61,225 nt of DNA, filler included, from Sphacelaria rigidula (GCA_964200075.2; 4 parts of 4 records of this genome joined end to end with filler, not necessarily neighbours in it), one strand, 5' to 3'. Shown: positions 1 to 13,324, counted from the whole stretch's first letter. Numbers and translations: made by a program. The notes: generated from the sequence alone by a model not told the origin.

Positions 1-719
1 GCGTGTGCGAGGGTAGGGGGGGTGGGGGTGGGGGAGGGTGGGGTGGGGGGGGGAGTGGTGGGGGTGGGGGGGGGGGGGGAAGGGGATGCCTTGAAGGACC
101 TAGAATGCAGGGAATATTGTAGTCCGCGTTTGCCGTGCTTGGTCAAGTACACAGCATAAAAAATGAAGAACATAATATGTACAGGTAGCGCCACCAGTTG
201 AGAACTTGAGTCCTCAAAGATTTTGAAAGTATGAGAAAGCTTAAGCACAAGTCGTGATACCTGAATAAGAACCCCACACTGAAGCCCTTGTAGTGGATGT
301 TGGTGATAGCCCCTCAGAGGATGTAAGAACTCGAGTCTCACGTCAAATAAGGGGCTCGTCAAGTGGTGGCGTTAGCTGTAGCCAAAAACATGGAACCTTC
401 TTATACGTGTAACAAATATGGTCGATTAGGGGAGTGTGCTGTGTACACATCGTTGATTACGGGACAGTGCTGCATGCATGTCGTCGATTACGGGACTGTG
501 CTGCATGCATGTGTACCGAGGAAGGCGGCGAATGAACCTTGGATGCATGCAGACGACGGGGTAGTGATCGATAGTAACACACGCTTATTTCTCTTCTTTT
601 CACGGGGAGGGAGGATGGGTAGGTAGTATGGCAGTAGGTACGCTCGTGTTCTTAGACGCACGCACCAAGCTTGTGGTCCATGAGTGTTTTGACGACGAAA
701 ATCTGGTTTCTCGTGTGTG

Positions 720-1640
720 TGTCTGTGTGTGCTAGTAGTCATGCAAGTACGGTGGAGTCGCATAAAACGTGCAGCTTCGGTTGCTGTAGTCGACTGTTGC
801 ACATGTAGCTTGTGTTACCTCGGGGGTGTTATTTGTCAATTTGTTGTGAGGGACCGTCGGGTTTCTTTCCCTGCCGGGCATACCTTTGTTTGTGTGTGTA
901 TTTGCAGGCGTGTGGCGCATGGACGGGGATTGGAAGGGGGGGGGGGGGGGGGGTTTTCCTGCTTTAATTTGTTTTTCTGGCTGTCTTGTCATGACCGAGT
1001 GACATTTGAGTTAGTTCATCAAGGGGTGGATGAGAAGCATCTCAGAAGGGCGCCGAAAAATCATCTGAAGAAATGTTTTGGATGATTTACGCCCTGAGAT
1101 TGGTAGGTCCCTACAAGCCTGAAGAAAAATCATCTGAGAAAAAGTTTTTTGGACGATTCACGCCCCTGAGATTGGTCGCTGCCTAAAAACCTACCATGCA
1201 TTATTCGGACCGAGGGGGTACATTATTATATTGTTTTACTATTATGTTAGTTTTGCTCCGTTGTAGGTCTGCAAGCCTCACGAAGAAAAATGTGTAGTTA
1301 TAGTTGCTGCACTCGACTGTTGCACACCTGGCATGTACTGTTTCCTGAGGGGGGGGGGGGTATTTGTCCACTCTGTTGTCAGGGGCCGTCGGGAGTTTCC
1401 TGCCGGGCACATATTTATGAGTTGTACTGTTCCGAGTGTGTGGCGCATGGAGGGGGGGGAGAGGAGGAGGGAAGGGGTGGCGGGGGTGATTCCCCTGGTT
1501 TCATTTATATTTCTGAACGGGTTGTAATGACCGGGTGACGACTGATTTCATCAGGGGGAGAGGGGGAGGGCATCTTCCAAGAGGCCCCGAAAAATCTATT
1601 TTTTTTCACAATTTACGCCCTGTGTTTGGTAGCTGCCTGC
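720..1640. repeat. Diverged tandem duplication of a ~450-520 bp unit (~720-1185 and ~1240-1640)
   Basis: Collinear shared blocks at an offset of ~520 nt: CGACTGTTGCACA, CCGTCGGG...CCTGCCGGGCA, GTGTGGCGCATGGA, and ACGCCC(C)TG..TTGGT.GCTGCCT near the unit ends. Confidence 0.7.
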
Positions 1641-2428
1641 TACTCTGCGCATTTTTTAATTTGGATGCATGATTTAATGTGTATCAGTGACAGGGTGTAA
1701 ATCGCCCAACGTATGCTTACATTATTCATGTGTAGATATAGATATTTCTTCGGGTGGTGTCGAGGCGAGCCCTCGAGTTCACGTGGAGATTCTACAATAG
1801 TGCAAGATTTTGTCATTGCTACGAGTATACGGTATATATAATGCACATGAGGGGGGTATTTGAGTATGTAAATAACGAAAATTGTTCTAGCAGGTCTTTT
1901 TTAAGTGGAACACGCAGCGTCCGAAGAGTCTTTGTTGGCGTCGTGACAGGCGTGGGACCCGCGATGTTCGCGGTATCATAATAATAAAATGTTATAATGG
2001 AGCAAACAATGGACCTTTGTACCAGCCTCCCTGGGAAGATGCACTATCTTGGTTATTATCATTTCCCCCCCCTTCGTGCTTTGTGTGGTTTACTCCGTCA
2101 CGGGTGTCCCGGTCTACCTCTTGTCCATTCTATTCACGTCTTTTTTATTGTATTGCGCCGCATCGCGAAGTCGTGCATTATTATACGAGATACCAGCATC
2201 CAACACACGAGACGCACGGGCTGAATGCTGGCGATGGTACATGAACGACAGTATGGTACACACCATGGCCAACAACACGTACGTGGTCAATAGTTCCAAT
2301 ATAAAAAAGTGTATCGCGAAAAGTGCAGCCTATTGCGTCTATTTCAGTTTGGGCCATACTTTACGCAACGCACCTTTTTTCCCATTGCGGCGGGTTGACT
2401 TCTTTTTTTTCTAAATTGCAACTACTAA

Positions 2429-2596
2429 GGCCAGCTCTTGTGGGAGCGTTTAGATTTTTTTTGCAATAATTTTGAACGACTTTTTTTTTTCTTTGCCGTA
2501 ATTGTGTATTTTGTGCCCGTTCACCATGATAAGAAAAAAAAACTCCTCTGAAATTGTTGCAAAATGAAATTTCAAACGCTCCCATAAGAGTTGGCC
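2429..2596. mobile_element. Tourist-like (PIF/Harbinger) MITE, 168 bp
   Basis: TIRs GGCCAGCTCTTGTGGGAGCGTTT and AAACGCTCCCATAAGAGTTGGCC (2 mismatches in 23). TAA on both flanks (2426-2428, 2597-2599). AT-rich non-coding interior. Confidence 0.8.
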
Positions 2597-5500
2597 TAAC
2601 CACATACTGTCCAGGCAGGTGTGCTGCAGTAATGCCACGGTCGTTCTTATTGCTTCGCTTGTGCTCTAGCGCGGGGGGTGCGCACTTTCGTCTCTCTCCG
2701 CTTGGTGTGTCGACGCTGGAAGAGAACCTCCCCCGCCCCCCCCCCCTCCCGATCGTTGTTATGTTGTTTTAGATCTTCTGCTGCCATCCTTTTGGTTGTT
2801 ATTCCAGGCGAGGCGATGCCTTTTTAGCACGACGAACGATTTCGCACGATTTCTTTCAAAATCACGCAGAACGAAGAAATGGCGAGTGACCTTCACGTGG
2901 CGCATGTTGGTCCCACGCCAGTATCGCCCCGATTTTGGACTCGTAACAATGATTTCGTGAGATTGAGAGTAGAGGATACGATTGAGAGTGAAAAGCAGTT
3001 AATTGGTGAATGATTCGTTTCAGTTCCGAAATGCCCCTCCGCGAGGCCCAATATACTTTTTGTAGTAGCTCGCCACTGAGGCCCTTGGTACCCCTGCGTA
3101 GGATATTGATGTGTAGCTGTAAGCACACGCCAGTGATGGAGGCAAAGAAAAGCACAAACGTTAAAGCAAATGATCAAAGGCACTCTCAATCTCACGAAAA
3201 CGTTGTTTCTTGTGACAGCTGCACAACATCCACGCATGCACATGGGTAGCACCAGTAGTCATATTCCAAAGACAACATGCCCGCCTGCCTTAGCCATCGT
3301 TACATGACGGAATACTCGGAACTCGCTCTTTACGAAAAATGCTGCTGGTTCGTGTATAGCCCCTTCATTGCAACCAGTATACAACAGTAGTACCAACATC
3401 CACGGGAATACAGCGACCCCCGTAACTAACCGTGACAGCCAACTAACTCTAGAAGTTCAGTAGTAGGATCAGCTTCCTCTTGAATTTAGATGCAAAAAAA
3501 CAAAACAAAACACGATGACCACAAAAGAAATCGATGGTCCTCTCGTGGACACATGAAAAAAAGAGATGACAAGGTCCTGCAGAGAAATTCTATCCTTAGC
3601 ACTATTAACTGACTGTCCGCTATGTGATCACATCAACTTGCCGCATCGGCGTCTCCCCCCCCCCTTCCCCCCGCTCCCCTGCTGCCGTCAGCACCGTACT
3701 CCCCACGCACTCGTGAACCCTGTGCGAATTGCATTAAAACGAAGAAAAATACGTTTTTCATCTGCCGTCACCCATCCGCACCGGTCATGCTCTTTAAACG
3801 CCCAACAGGCGTACATGTCGGTCGACTCTCACGTACGCGTGCACAGAGTAAAAAAATCAAACACCGGAGTGCGTACGAGTATACTCATCGAGGCATCGCA
3901 TCTACAGTAGACACGGTAGACGAACTCTACCTGCCGAGTTTTGCGCCACAAAAGAACAAAAACGTTCACCGCTACTAACCGCTAAACATGAAGATTCACG
4001 TACGAATGACCCGTTTCACCGTCCGTATCGAAACACATCCTCTTTCATTGACGATAAATTGTGAGCGAAGGTAGATAGATGCACACACAAACACACGGCT
4101 TCACCCAACGTCTCAAGACTCTCCTGTGCCACCAAGCCAAGCAGAGCCAGAGCGAAGAGGAGTACTAGCAGTAGCGCGCTCGATTTGTGCAGACAAACAC
4201 GATCAAGCCAAACGCCTCCACGAGAATGACGCCGTGGCAACTCGTGAACACAACTAACGTGAGTAAGACAGAAGCTTGTTTCGTTGTATCCCTCCTCCCT
4301 CTGCCACGGGCCAGGACAAACGGGCTCTAAGGCGAGTCATATACTTTCATCGCCGATCGACACCATTGCGGAATTCCGACCCACTACGTACAGCACGGCA
4401 ACCACCACTACTGCTGCATACATGAAGTATCACTTAGGCATTTGGTGCCCGCAGTTTTCCTTTTGGTCAGCATCCACGGTCGACATGAAATATGATGTTC
4501 CGAACAATGACGTCACCACCCTGGATGACGACGCCAGTCATGTAGAATTTTTCCGCCAATCAGAAATTCCCCTTTACAAAAAATCGACCAGCAGGACAAC
4601 TGCGGAAACCAAAATCCCGATCTCTGTACCACAAGACGAGGGACAGCACACCCACGCGCGACAGAACGCCGACACATCCGCAAAAACTCCGATTTATGCA
4701 CTCCACAATAGGAAAAATTAAACAAAAAATGGTGACAGTTGTCAAGCCAGATTTCGTGAAAAAAAACAGTGATATCACGGGTTCCGTCGGCATGTGTGTC
4801 TATGCATGTTGTAGAGCATCGCTATCAAGAGCTTGAGCGAAATACAAGAGAAAGGCAAATAGACACCGCAGATAAAAATGCGCAATCGTTAAACCAAGAT
4901 ACGGTAGTCAAAATCACTGGACAGACGGGTACAGATGCAATCATCTCGGTCTACCAGACGACAAGTGAACACATTCATACCAACCCTACCGGCAACTTAT
5001 TTTCCTGTTCTGGTGAGGATTTAAAGGTTCCCATCGCATGTACTATATATAGTATAGCTTCCATCATCATCCACACATGGGGATTTTCCCATTGATACGT
5101 GAGAAAATCGGCTGAGACACGGGTATTATTCCCTACGCAATCGCTCGCAATACACACACACAAATACAACCCCCCCCCCGGGGAAGGCAGAAGAAAAAAG
5201 TGAGACGAAAGTTGAGTGATTGAAACTCATCTTGGATCGATACCGGGGAACAAAATATTGGGAATAGATGAAAATACAACAGAGGGAGAGGGGGGGAAAG
5301 AGCGCGCGCGCGCAGGATCTGAATTGGGCAAAAAGCGAGCGGAGGTACTGAGTGACGATATATCACACGGACTTGTCTCAGGCATAAATCCCAGAGTGCA
5401 CGAATCATCACCATCCGGCTGTGCCATGCGCGAAACGTACCGCAAACAAAACACGTCGCCCTACTGATCGTTCAGACTAACACACGAGTGTAAAACAAAA

Positions 5501-5754
5501 CGTAGACAAGTAAGAATAGCGTGAAAGAGCCGCAGCAGGTACAACACGGTAGTGTAGCTCCAGCTGGGCGAGGGGCATCACATCAAAAGCACCATAGCAA
5601 TGACATACCACGCAATCTTGTAAAACGATTTGTGCACGTGAGCGATCTCCCCGATCGGTATTTGATTTTAAAACCCAAGATATTACCACCGCCCCAACAG
5701 CAAGACAAGACGATAAGGCAATGTTGTCCACACTGATGCATCCTTTTCCCTCCG

Positions 5755-5955
5755 CTCCCCCCCCCCCCCCCCCCCCCACACCCCAACAACAAAACACCAA
5801 CACCACCCACCCCCCCCGCCACAAAACCCCCAACCCCCCCCACCCCCCCCNNNNNNNNNNAGATATAACCCCCCCCCCCAAAGAAAGAAAGGCGGAAAAG
5901 GCAATTTTTCCCCCCCTCATCCGTCCTTTTCCCCCCCCCCCCCCCCCCCCCCCCG
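5755..5955. repeat. Poly-C low-complexity tract with a 10-N gap (5851-5860)
   Basis: Long C homopolymers around the N run. Confidence 0.8.
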
Positions 5956-6567
5956 CCAACAACACAAAACAAGACAAATCTGAAGGCATCTTCCTCCGTA
6001 CGATTCAATCCGCGATTCGAACACCTTCTCCAACCCAACCCACACACCATTCCCACCCCCATCACCTCGCGGAATAGATACCACGTCTCTCGACACAACG
6101 AAACACCAATCGGTTCTCCCTTTTCCCATGTTCCTGGATTCCGCCAGAGAAAACGCAGCGGAGACTCTCACCCGCTTCGGGGCACATGTAGGCACAAATA
6201 TGCGTCCTGCCCGCCATCCGCTCGTGTTCCTTGACTTCAAGCCTGATCGCGACCAACGCAAAACTACCCGCGGGGAAATACCCCCCGCCCCCCACACCTG
6301 CACCTCTACCCCTTCTCTCCACTTCTCGCTTCATGTATCCGTCGCCGGATCCCTCTACCTCGCCGAAGCTGTGGCGACAATCCCGGCAAAACCTCTTTGC
6401 GACAAACGCTGCTTAGCCCAAAACCAACAGACGCTGTCGCTGACGATCGCCTGGACATGAGGAAGAACAAGGCCAAGCACCGCGCACCAGCATCGCTATT
6501 TTCATCTCATACGACACGAAAACCACCCTGCTGCATTTCGAGTTTGTACTGTTGCCCGCAGAGTACC

Positions 6568-9500
6568 CTATGTGCCACCTGACGTAACCGTCGAGGTCGG
6601 CGCTGTCGCGGTTCCCTCCATCGCGTCAGATGCTCCAAGGGGTGACGATGCTGCCGCACTAGTACCTCCGCCTCCACCCCCGCCGTCGGCAGCCGTCTTC
6701 CGCAACGCACTGATGCCAGCGGCGGTCGCCCTCTGCACCATATCCGCTAGGGTTTCACTTCCCAAGGTCGGCGACGGTTGCAGAGTGTCCCCCTGCGCCT
6801 TCGCCGCCGCCAGCACGTCTTTGTCATCCACCTCGGCGCCGCCTCCAACAGCATTCAGCAAGGCCTCCGTCTTCAAGGCTTCTCGGGCCGTCGCGTGGAA
6901 CACATCCCGCACGCGATCGGGCGTCCATTTTTCCTGAACCGCCCACAGCGAAAGCGCCATTGAAGAGTCGAGCGCCTCGAGCCGCTCCCTGACAAGGTCG
7001 CCCACGGCTGCCGCACGACTCGACTTGGTTGATCTATCTTGCCCCCGTTTTCCGTCGCTGCCGCTGCCGCCGCCGATCAAGATTTCCGGTGCTCTCGTCG
7101 TTTGCGCTACTCCCGCCGCCATTTGTAAGGCCTCTGCTATCCCCACCTTGGCGCCTCCCACTTTCTCCACCGTAACCTCTGCGTCCCCGGATACTTTCGA
7201 GTTCGCAGCGGGAGTTACTTTTGCAGTCACCGCTATCATATCGGGGGCCTCCTCCGCGGCACGTTTATTCGACATAGCAACAGCGTGACCACGCCGCACA
7301 TATGGCCACAGCACGATGGTGGCTGCAGCCGCCAAGGCATGCACCTGGTCGGTCATTTTCTTGATACCCCAAGCGTGCGGGGGATACGGCGGGAGTGTTT
7401 CCGCCTTGACCTTGGCCTCCTCTAGCACTTGCGTCCCATTCTCAACCGCGGCATCGCTTTCCAAGGATTCCAGCAGCACCTCCGCAGTGTACTTATCTTT
7501 TCGCGCCGAGTGGACGGCGTCTTTGATAGTTTGTATTGACAACTCCTGCCGAACAGAGGTCAAGACGACAGCTAGCGACTTATCCAGCGCTTCAAGCACT
7601 CGTGTGACAAGCGTCGCCATAGCCTGCGCACTTTGATCCACTCCCGCCGCCGGTTGTTCCTCCGTGTCCATGCCGTCGACTCCTGCAACAGCCGAAGTGG
7701 CCGCGGCGGCGGCCGACGATGGCGGCGACGCAGCCTTCGCGGCCAGTTGCATTGGCTTCATGAGCTCTTCTTTGGCAACTCGCAGTTTCACGGTCGCCAC
7801 ATCGGAGTCCAGAGTCTCCGCATGATCTGACGCCGAAGCCTTTTTCGTCCATCTAGAATACACCGATTTCACCGCAACGGGTATTTCGGTGACTTTGGCA
7901 TCTTCCGGCGGCACGAACGGCCTGAGTGCGGCGTCAGCTGCAGCGGCCACACTTTCCACGTTCAGCACGAGCTTTCTTATACCCCAAGTGTGTGACGGAA
8001 GTGGTGGCAGTTCATCCGCCTTCCGCGCTGCCTTTTGGACGGTCTCCTCGTCGTCAACAGCGCCCCCCCCTCTCACGGAGTCCAGCAGCACCAGCGCGGC
8101 GCACGCTTTCTGCCTCGTGCCATGGAAGACTTTCTTGATGTTCAATGTTGACCATTCCTCCTGGATAGACTGTAGCGCGAGTGTGAGCGAGTCGTCAAGT
8201 CCTCGAAGCAAGCACGTGACAACGCCCGCCACAGCGTGCGGTCGCTCCGTCCCCGCGGACGGCTGATGCACCACACCCATTCCACCGACGCCCACGACAG
8301 TACCGGGGGCGGTCGACTGCGCCGTCGCGACCGCCAGCAGCAGAGAAGCCCGGATCTTATCTTGGGAGCTTAAGAGCTTAGTCATGGCTAACTCGGAGTT
8401 CAGTGTCTCCGAATTTCGATGGCCCGAGGCTTTCCTAACCCAAGTCGGCGTGTCAGCTGATATTTTATCCTTTGCACGATCCTTCGCCGACTCAGCAACC
8501 TCCAGCGGCAAGTACGGCGTCATTGCACGAACAGCAGCGGCAGCCGCATTCGTCACCAACGCCGGTAGCCTCTCATAGCCCGAGCTCTGCGACTCGGAGG
8601 CGTCGAGCGTCGCCCCTTCCACCTTGGTCGCCGCCAACGTTTTCATGTCATCAACCGCGGCGCCGCCCGCAACGGATTCCAGCAAGGTCTGCGTAGTGAT
8701 CGCTTCCTGCGCCATCCTGCATCGAACTTCCTGCATGCGTTTCGACGGCCACCGTGCCCGAAGAGCCTTCAGCATCAATCCCGTTGACGCATCCAGCGCC
8801 GTCATCGATTGCGTGACTAGAGCCGCCACAGCAAGCGCCCGTGTCGACGGCGCGGTGTTCGCCTCGCCTTCATTCTCCTGCATGCCGTCGGGCTGTGGAC
8901 CTTGGTCAACGGTAGTCGAGAACTTCGAAAGCGTCACTCCCGAGGCCATTTTGATCGATCGCAAAACCTCCACTCTCGAATGCGCGAGTCTCTCGACCAG
9001 GTCTAACGCCTCCGCGTCACCGCTAACTTCCTCTTCAGCCGCAACTATTCCTTCACCACTCGTAACCCCCTCGGTCGCGGCGCAACCACTCGAACTCACA
9101 GAGACTGCCTGTGCCCCTGCGCCATCCTCCCCCCTCGCCTTTAGCACGGCTCTCGCGTGAGGCGATACGTGCGACTGTAGCGCCAGCTCAGTTGCCGCCA
9201 CAGCGTCGTTCACTTCTCGGGCTACCTGTCTCATGCCCCGATTCCTCTTCGATTCGGACTCGGGTAGCGGGTGCGCCCACGTGCCCTGCCGCACAGCCTG
9301 GAGAGATGCCGGTGAGCATTTTGCGGCGCCGCCCTGCTCTCTCGCGAATTTCAAATAGGCCTGAATCGTATGCGCTTCGCGCCTCGTGTCTTGGCACATC
9401 TCAATAAATTGGTGCGGATGCACTCTCTGCGACGCCGACAGGGCCATCGCCACAGCGCTGTCGAGAGCTCTCAGCTTTTCCGTCACAAGCAGCGCCATAG

Positions 9501-10671
9501 CGGTCGCTTCTCTGTCGGAGCCACTCCCATCTGAGCTAGACCCTGATCCTGCGCAAGACAAGATTGCTCCGGCCAGCTTCAACACTGCAGCTATTCCCGC
9601 CCGCGCCGCTTTCAGCTTGGCCGTCTTAGACTTATCAGTCGCGAATCGGCTTCCATGGACCAGATCGTGATCGTCGCTCGCTTCTGTCGCACCGTCGCTC
9701 ACGAATTTGCCCCCGGCAGGCATCATCTCTGCCATCTCCGTCGCGGCCCCTGAGAAGGGCTGCGGTGGCATCGCCGAAGCAGCAGGATCAGCAGTACTTC
9801 CATTGCTGGGGCCGCCCCCGCTTCCGTCACCCGGGTTCTCGCGTGCATCATTCGGATGGCGCGCCTTACCCACGACATCATCGGCAGCGACGGCTGCTCC
9901 ACACGCGGCCGTAGCTCGGACGAGGTTCGCCGCCGTGTCCTCAGTCCTCTCGACTAGGCGTTCTTGGTTGGTAGGGGCGGGCGTAGGGGCAGTGATGGCA
10001 GGCGCTGAACCGATGGCGCCGGCTACCATCCCGGACGAGCCAAGCTTTTCCTGGAGACAGTGAGGGTTTTCGTGAGGGATTAAGTAGGGACCAAAAGACT
10101 TGTAGATTCGAATTACTCTGTACATGTTCTAGTCGCAGACGCGGAAACGTTCGTTACGCCAAGTGACGGGGTTGACATGAACACGAAGGGGGGTAGAAGA
10201 AAGGGTGATCGTTGATTCAGGAGGCAAGGAACGCTTGGTGTGCCGCGATGGTTAGGCGATAGTGAAGCAAAGAAATATTGAAATATTGTCAATGAAAACT
10301 ATCTCGTCCTAGGTCAGGACGGAAATACTGCAGGCCACGGTGTGAGCGCTCACAGGTCCAGAGTTCACGCGCCCGCTTCATAAACGAATATTAGGAGCGG
10401 GCACTACAAACCCACGGTGAAATTAGGCTCCGAACCGACGGCAAGCGCCATGAGCAAAATGCTAGGCTCGTGTCCTGCAGGATGTACGTACCTGATGCAC
10501 CTTGCCGGCCACTGCTGACGTCTCCGACGACTCTTCATCACAAACCTCCATGCCGATACCTCCGCCAGATTCCACGAAAGCCCTTGAGGTGACTTTGCCC
10601 GATGCGACTCGACTATCCATCTTCTCGTCCTCTGCTCGCACGGACCGGCTGAACTTGGCAGATACTTCGTC
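6568..10671 (-). CDS. Unknown Ala-rich protein (~1200 aa) with five ~200-aa helical repeats; exons 10671-10492 and 10050-~6568; 5' end possibly incomplete
   Basis: 1185-codon ORF. Acceptor CTGTCTCCAG|GAA at 10050 is phase 0 and joins the upstream exon DEVSAKF...MDSRVASG...AGKVHQ|GTACGT (in-frame ATG at 10620). Five repeats visible in the translation. The 3' end may instead splice at TCAG|GTGGCA (~6580). Confidence 0.85.
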
Positions 10672-11549
10672 CTACGTTTGTAATCAAGTACGGGAGACAT
10701 TCAAGGTGGTGTTGGCCGAGTACTCCTTCGACTTGAGGCAGAAATTAGCTCAGAGTTGATTGAGTCCGGTAAGTGTTTTTTTTCATTACGTTTTAATTTT
10801 TCGATGAATTCCGTCCCGTCTCACGAAAAAATGAAGATCGTTTCTGAGACTCCCGTTCCGTCCCGTACCTTCTTCGCTGGAAATGTATGCAAACATCCGA
10901 AATATATACGCTGAGATCATTATTCTGTGCAAGCGATGTCTTCACACATCAGCACACAAAAGCATCGCAGGTTTCACCTCTTCTTGTATACATCATCATA
11001 TATGGCGAGAACCGAATATACCCCCGAGATATCAATGGTAGTTGGGGGTATTGTAGGGTACAAAGCTGGGTTTCTTAGCGTGTCGATCCTGGGGGTAATC
11101 TGAAATTATGAGGTTTGGGGTTTTGTTCTCAGAGTTGCACCCCCGGTAGCGCGAAAATTATATTGAGACATGTTCGGCCCGCGGTCGAACTGGTTCCTCT
11201 CTCTCGAAAACTCAGGCCTCAGCAATCGTAGATTTAGTGATTGAAACCAGACATGAGTCGTCGGATCGTTGAATTTTTTGGTGTTTGTAACCCTGCTTGA
11301 TTGTTTGGTCGGGATACGCGGTACGATTTCTCCCGCATACGTTGAATTTATACATACTGTAGCAGCGTCGTTTTAACAATATCTAACAGAGTAATACGTT
11401 GATACACAATTCATTCGACACGTTTCTATACACCCAGCGAGGGCTACGGTGGATAGCGAAAAAAATCCATCCATTTTACATACATGTCTACGTAATTGTT
11501 GGGAAAAAAAAATAGCGTAAAAATCACAATGTTGAGAGTACTTCACAAC

Positions 11550-11794
11550 CAGGCTATACACGTTACACGTTACACGTTACACGTTACGTTCATCACATAA
11601 AAAAAATAACGTTACGTTAACGTTACATTTGAAAATTTAACGTCACGTTCACATTACGTTCATCACGTAAAAAAAATGAACGCTACGTTCACGTTACATT
11701 TGAAAATTAAACGTTACGTTTACGTTACGTTTCGGCCAAACGTAGCGTGAACGTAACGTGTAACGCTATGGCACGTGTAACGTGTATAGCCCTG
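11550..11794. mobile_element. MITE with CAGG(G)CTATACACGTTAC TIRs and an internal ACGTT(AC) micro-array (hAT-like ends)
   Basis: Left end CAGGCTATACACGTTACACGT; right end ACGTGTAACGTGTATAGCCCTG is its reverse complement. No clean 8-bp TSD. Confidence 0.65.
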
Positions 11795-11941
11795 AAAATA
11801 ACTAATCGAAGAGGACTCTCAGAGATCTGTTTTCCAACAAGACAAAATATGTGACAGCGGGGTCTGAGAAGCCGAAGCGCTACCTTTGCGCTACTCCGCG
11901 TGCTCGGTGTCCAAGCACTGTCTGTAGAGAGAAAATGTGCA

Positions 11942-12286
11942 AGGGTAGGTCGAGTAGAGTATACTCAATACTCAGTATTTGTGAAGAGTCATACTTTTAG
12001 TACTCAAAATTTGAGCAGAGTATTTGAGACCGTACTCAACGTACTCAAAATTTGAGTAGAATATTGAGGTCATACTCAAGTGATACTCTATTCTCAAGTA
12101 TTGCTGAGAGTGCTTACTCAAAATTTGAATTAAGTATTTGAGATCGTACTCGATCCACTCAAAATTTGAGTAGAGTATTTAAGGTCGTACTCGACCTACT
12201 CAAAAATTGAGTAGAGTATTTGAGGCCGTACTCGACCTATTCAAACGTCGAGTAGAGTAAATACTCGAGTAAGATACTCGAGTACC
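11942..12286. repeat. 41-bp tandem array with palindromic core TACTCAAA-A-TTTGAGTA (probable MITE interior)
   Basis: Units near 12001, 12042, 12115, 12156 and 12197. Left end TAGGTCGAGTA is inverted relative to TACTCGACCTA. Confidence 0.75.
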
Positions 12287-12527
12287 AAGGGCGCGTGAGA
12301 AATATATTCCTGGACCCACATTCATTTTTTCCATTTGGGGCCGATTGGTGGGGGGGGGGGGGGGTAACACTGTTGGGACCGTGTCCGGGCTGGCAGGTTC
12401 CGGCTCTATACTAAATCCTATATACTCAATGCAATCGAGTTCAACCACAGGTTACTTGGTTTTAGAATGGGTTGAACGGGGCGGGAGAAGAGTCACTTTA
12501 CATGAAGAGCACACCCAAGCACAAGAA

Positions 12528-12712
12528 CGGCGGGTATACCCGAAAAGAGTTACCCGACTGCCGGTACCGGTTTTCTGAAAGCCTCCCATACCGTACCCGA
12601 CAAGTTCTGTAAAGTCTGTAACACTTTCATACCGGTACCCGACAGTTCTGTAAGCTCTGTAAGCTTCCTGTACCCTTACCCGGGGGTAGGGTATACCCTT
12701 GCAGATATACCC
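12528..12712. repeat. Partial copy of the CGGGTATACCCG / CCGGTACCGG / TTCTGTAAG repeat family
   Basis: Near-identical to 13045-13135 and 13162-13290. Confidence 0.7.
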
Positions 12713-12888
12713 CGTTGCAGGTACGAGCACAGGTATTCACCCTCTGGAAGTATGGCTCTAGGTTCAATCAAAACATTACTCAATGGCCCGAACATGTACC
12801 CCCCAGCTCCCACCACCCCACCCTGCCCTCTCATTCATTTCAGCATCCAACCAAAAAATCCAAGGTTTGAAAGTAAATACGAAATATG

Positions 12889-13324
12889 CAAGGTTGTGTT
12901 CTGTAAGGTACGGTTTTCCGTATACCCGGGGTATTTTTCCCGGTATGTACCGTACCCGACAGCTCTGTGATTTCTGTAAGACTTTCGTACCCTTACCCGA
13001 TAGCTCTGTAAGTTCGGTACAATACATTTACCCGAACCCGAGGGGCGGGTATACCCAAAAAGAGTTACCCGATTGCCGGTACCGGTTTTCTGTAAGCCTT
13101 CAATACCGTACTCGACAAGTTCTGTAAGTTCTGTACATAACATTCACCCGAACGCGGGGGGCGGGTATACCCGAAAAGAGTTGCTTAATTGCCGGTACCG
13201 GTTCTCTGTAAGCCTCCCGTAACGTTCCCGACAAGTTCTGTAAAGTCTGTAAGACTTTCATACCGGTACCCGACAGTTGTGTAAACTCTGTACGGAATCT
13301 CGTACGTTACAGAACACAACCTTG
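12889..13324. mobile_element. Non-autonomous DNA transposon (436 bp) with perfect 18-bp TIRs and internal tandem sub-repeats
   Basis: CAAGGTTGTGTTCTGTAA (12889-12906) and TTACAGAACACAACCTTG (13307-13324). Flanks GAAATATG and GAATACTG resemble a decayed 8-bp TSD. Confidence 0.75.

Noticed and set aside
4016-4240. Hydrophobic minus-strand ORF (LLLVLLFALALLGLVA)
   Set aside because: Short, no recognisable family, and not linkable to other exons.
5477-6460. Gly/Pro-rich ORFs, or a further exon of the repeat protein
   Set aside because: Products of poly-C tracts across an N gap. The acceptor at ~6450 gives an early stop in the compatible phase, so no supported coding extension.
6572-10063. Many + strand ORFs opposite the 1185-aa ORF
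   Set aside because: Antisense shadows of a GC-rich coding exon. The same applies to 47046-48020 opposite NOB1 and 25745-26750 opposite the coiled-coil gene.
11942-12286. CRISPR-like array of palindromic repeats
   Set aside because: The sequence between palindromes is itself conserved (no unique spacers), no cas genes are present and the context is eukaryotic.
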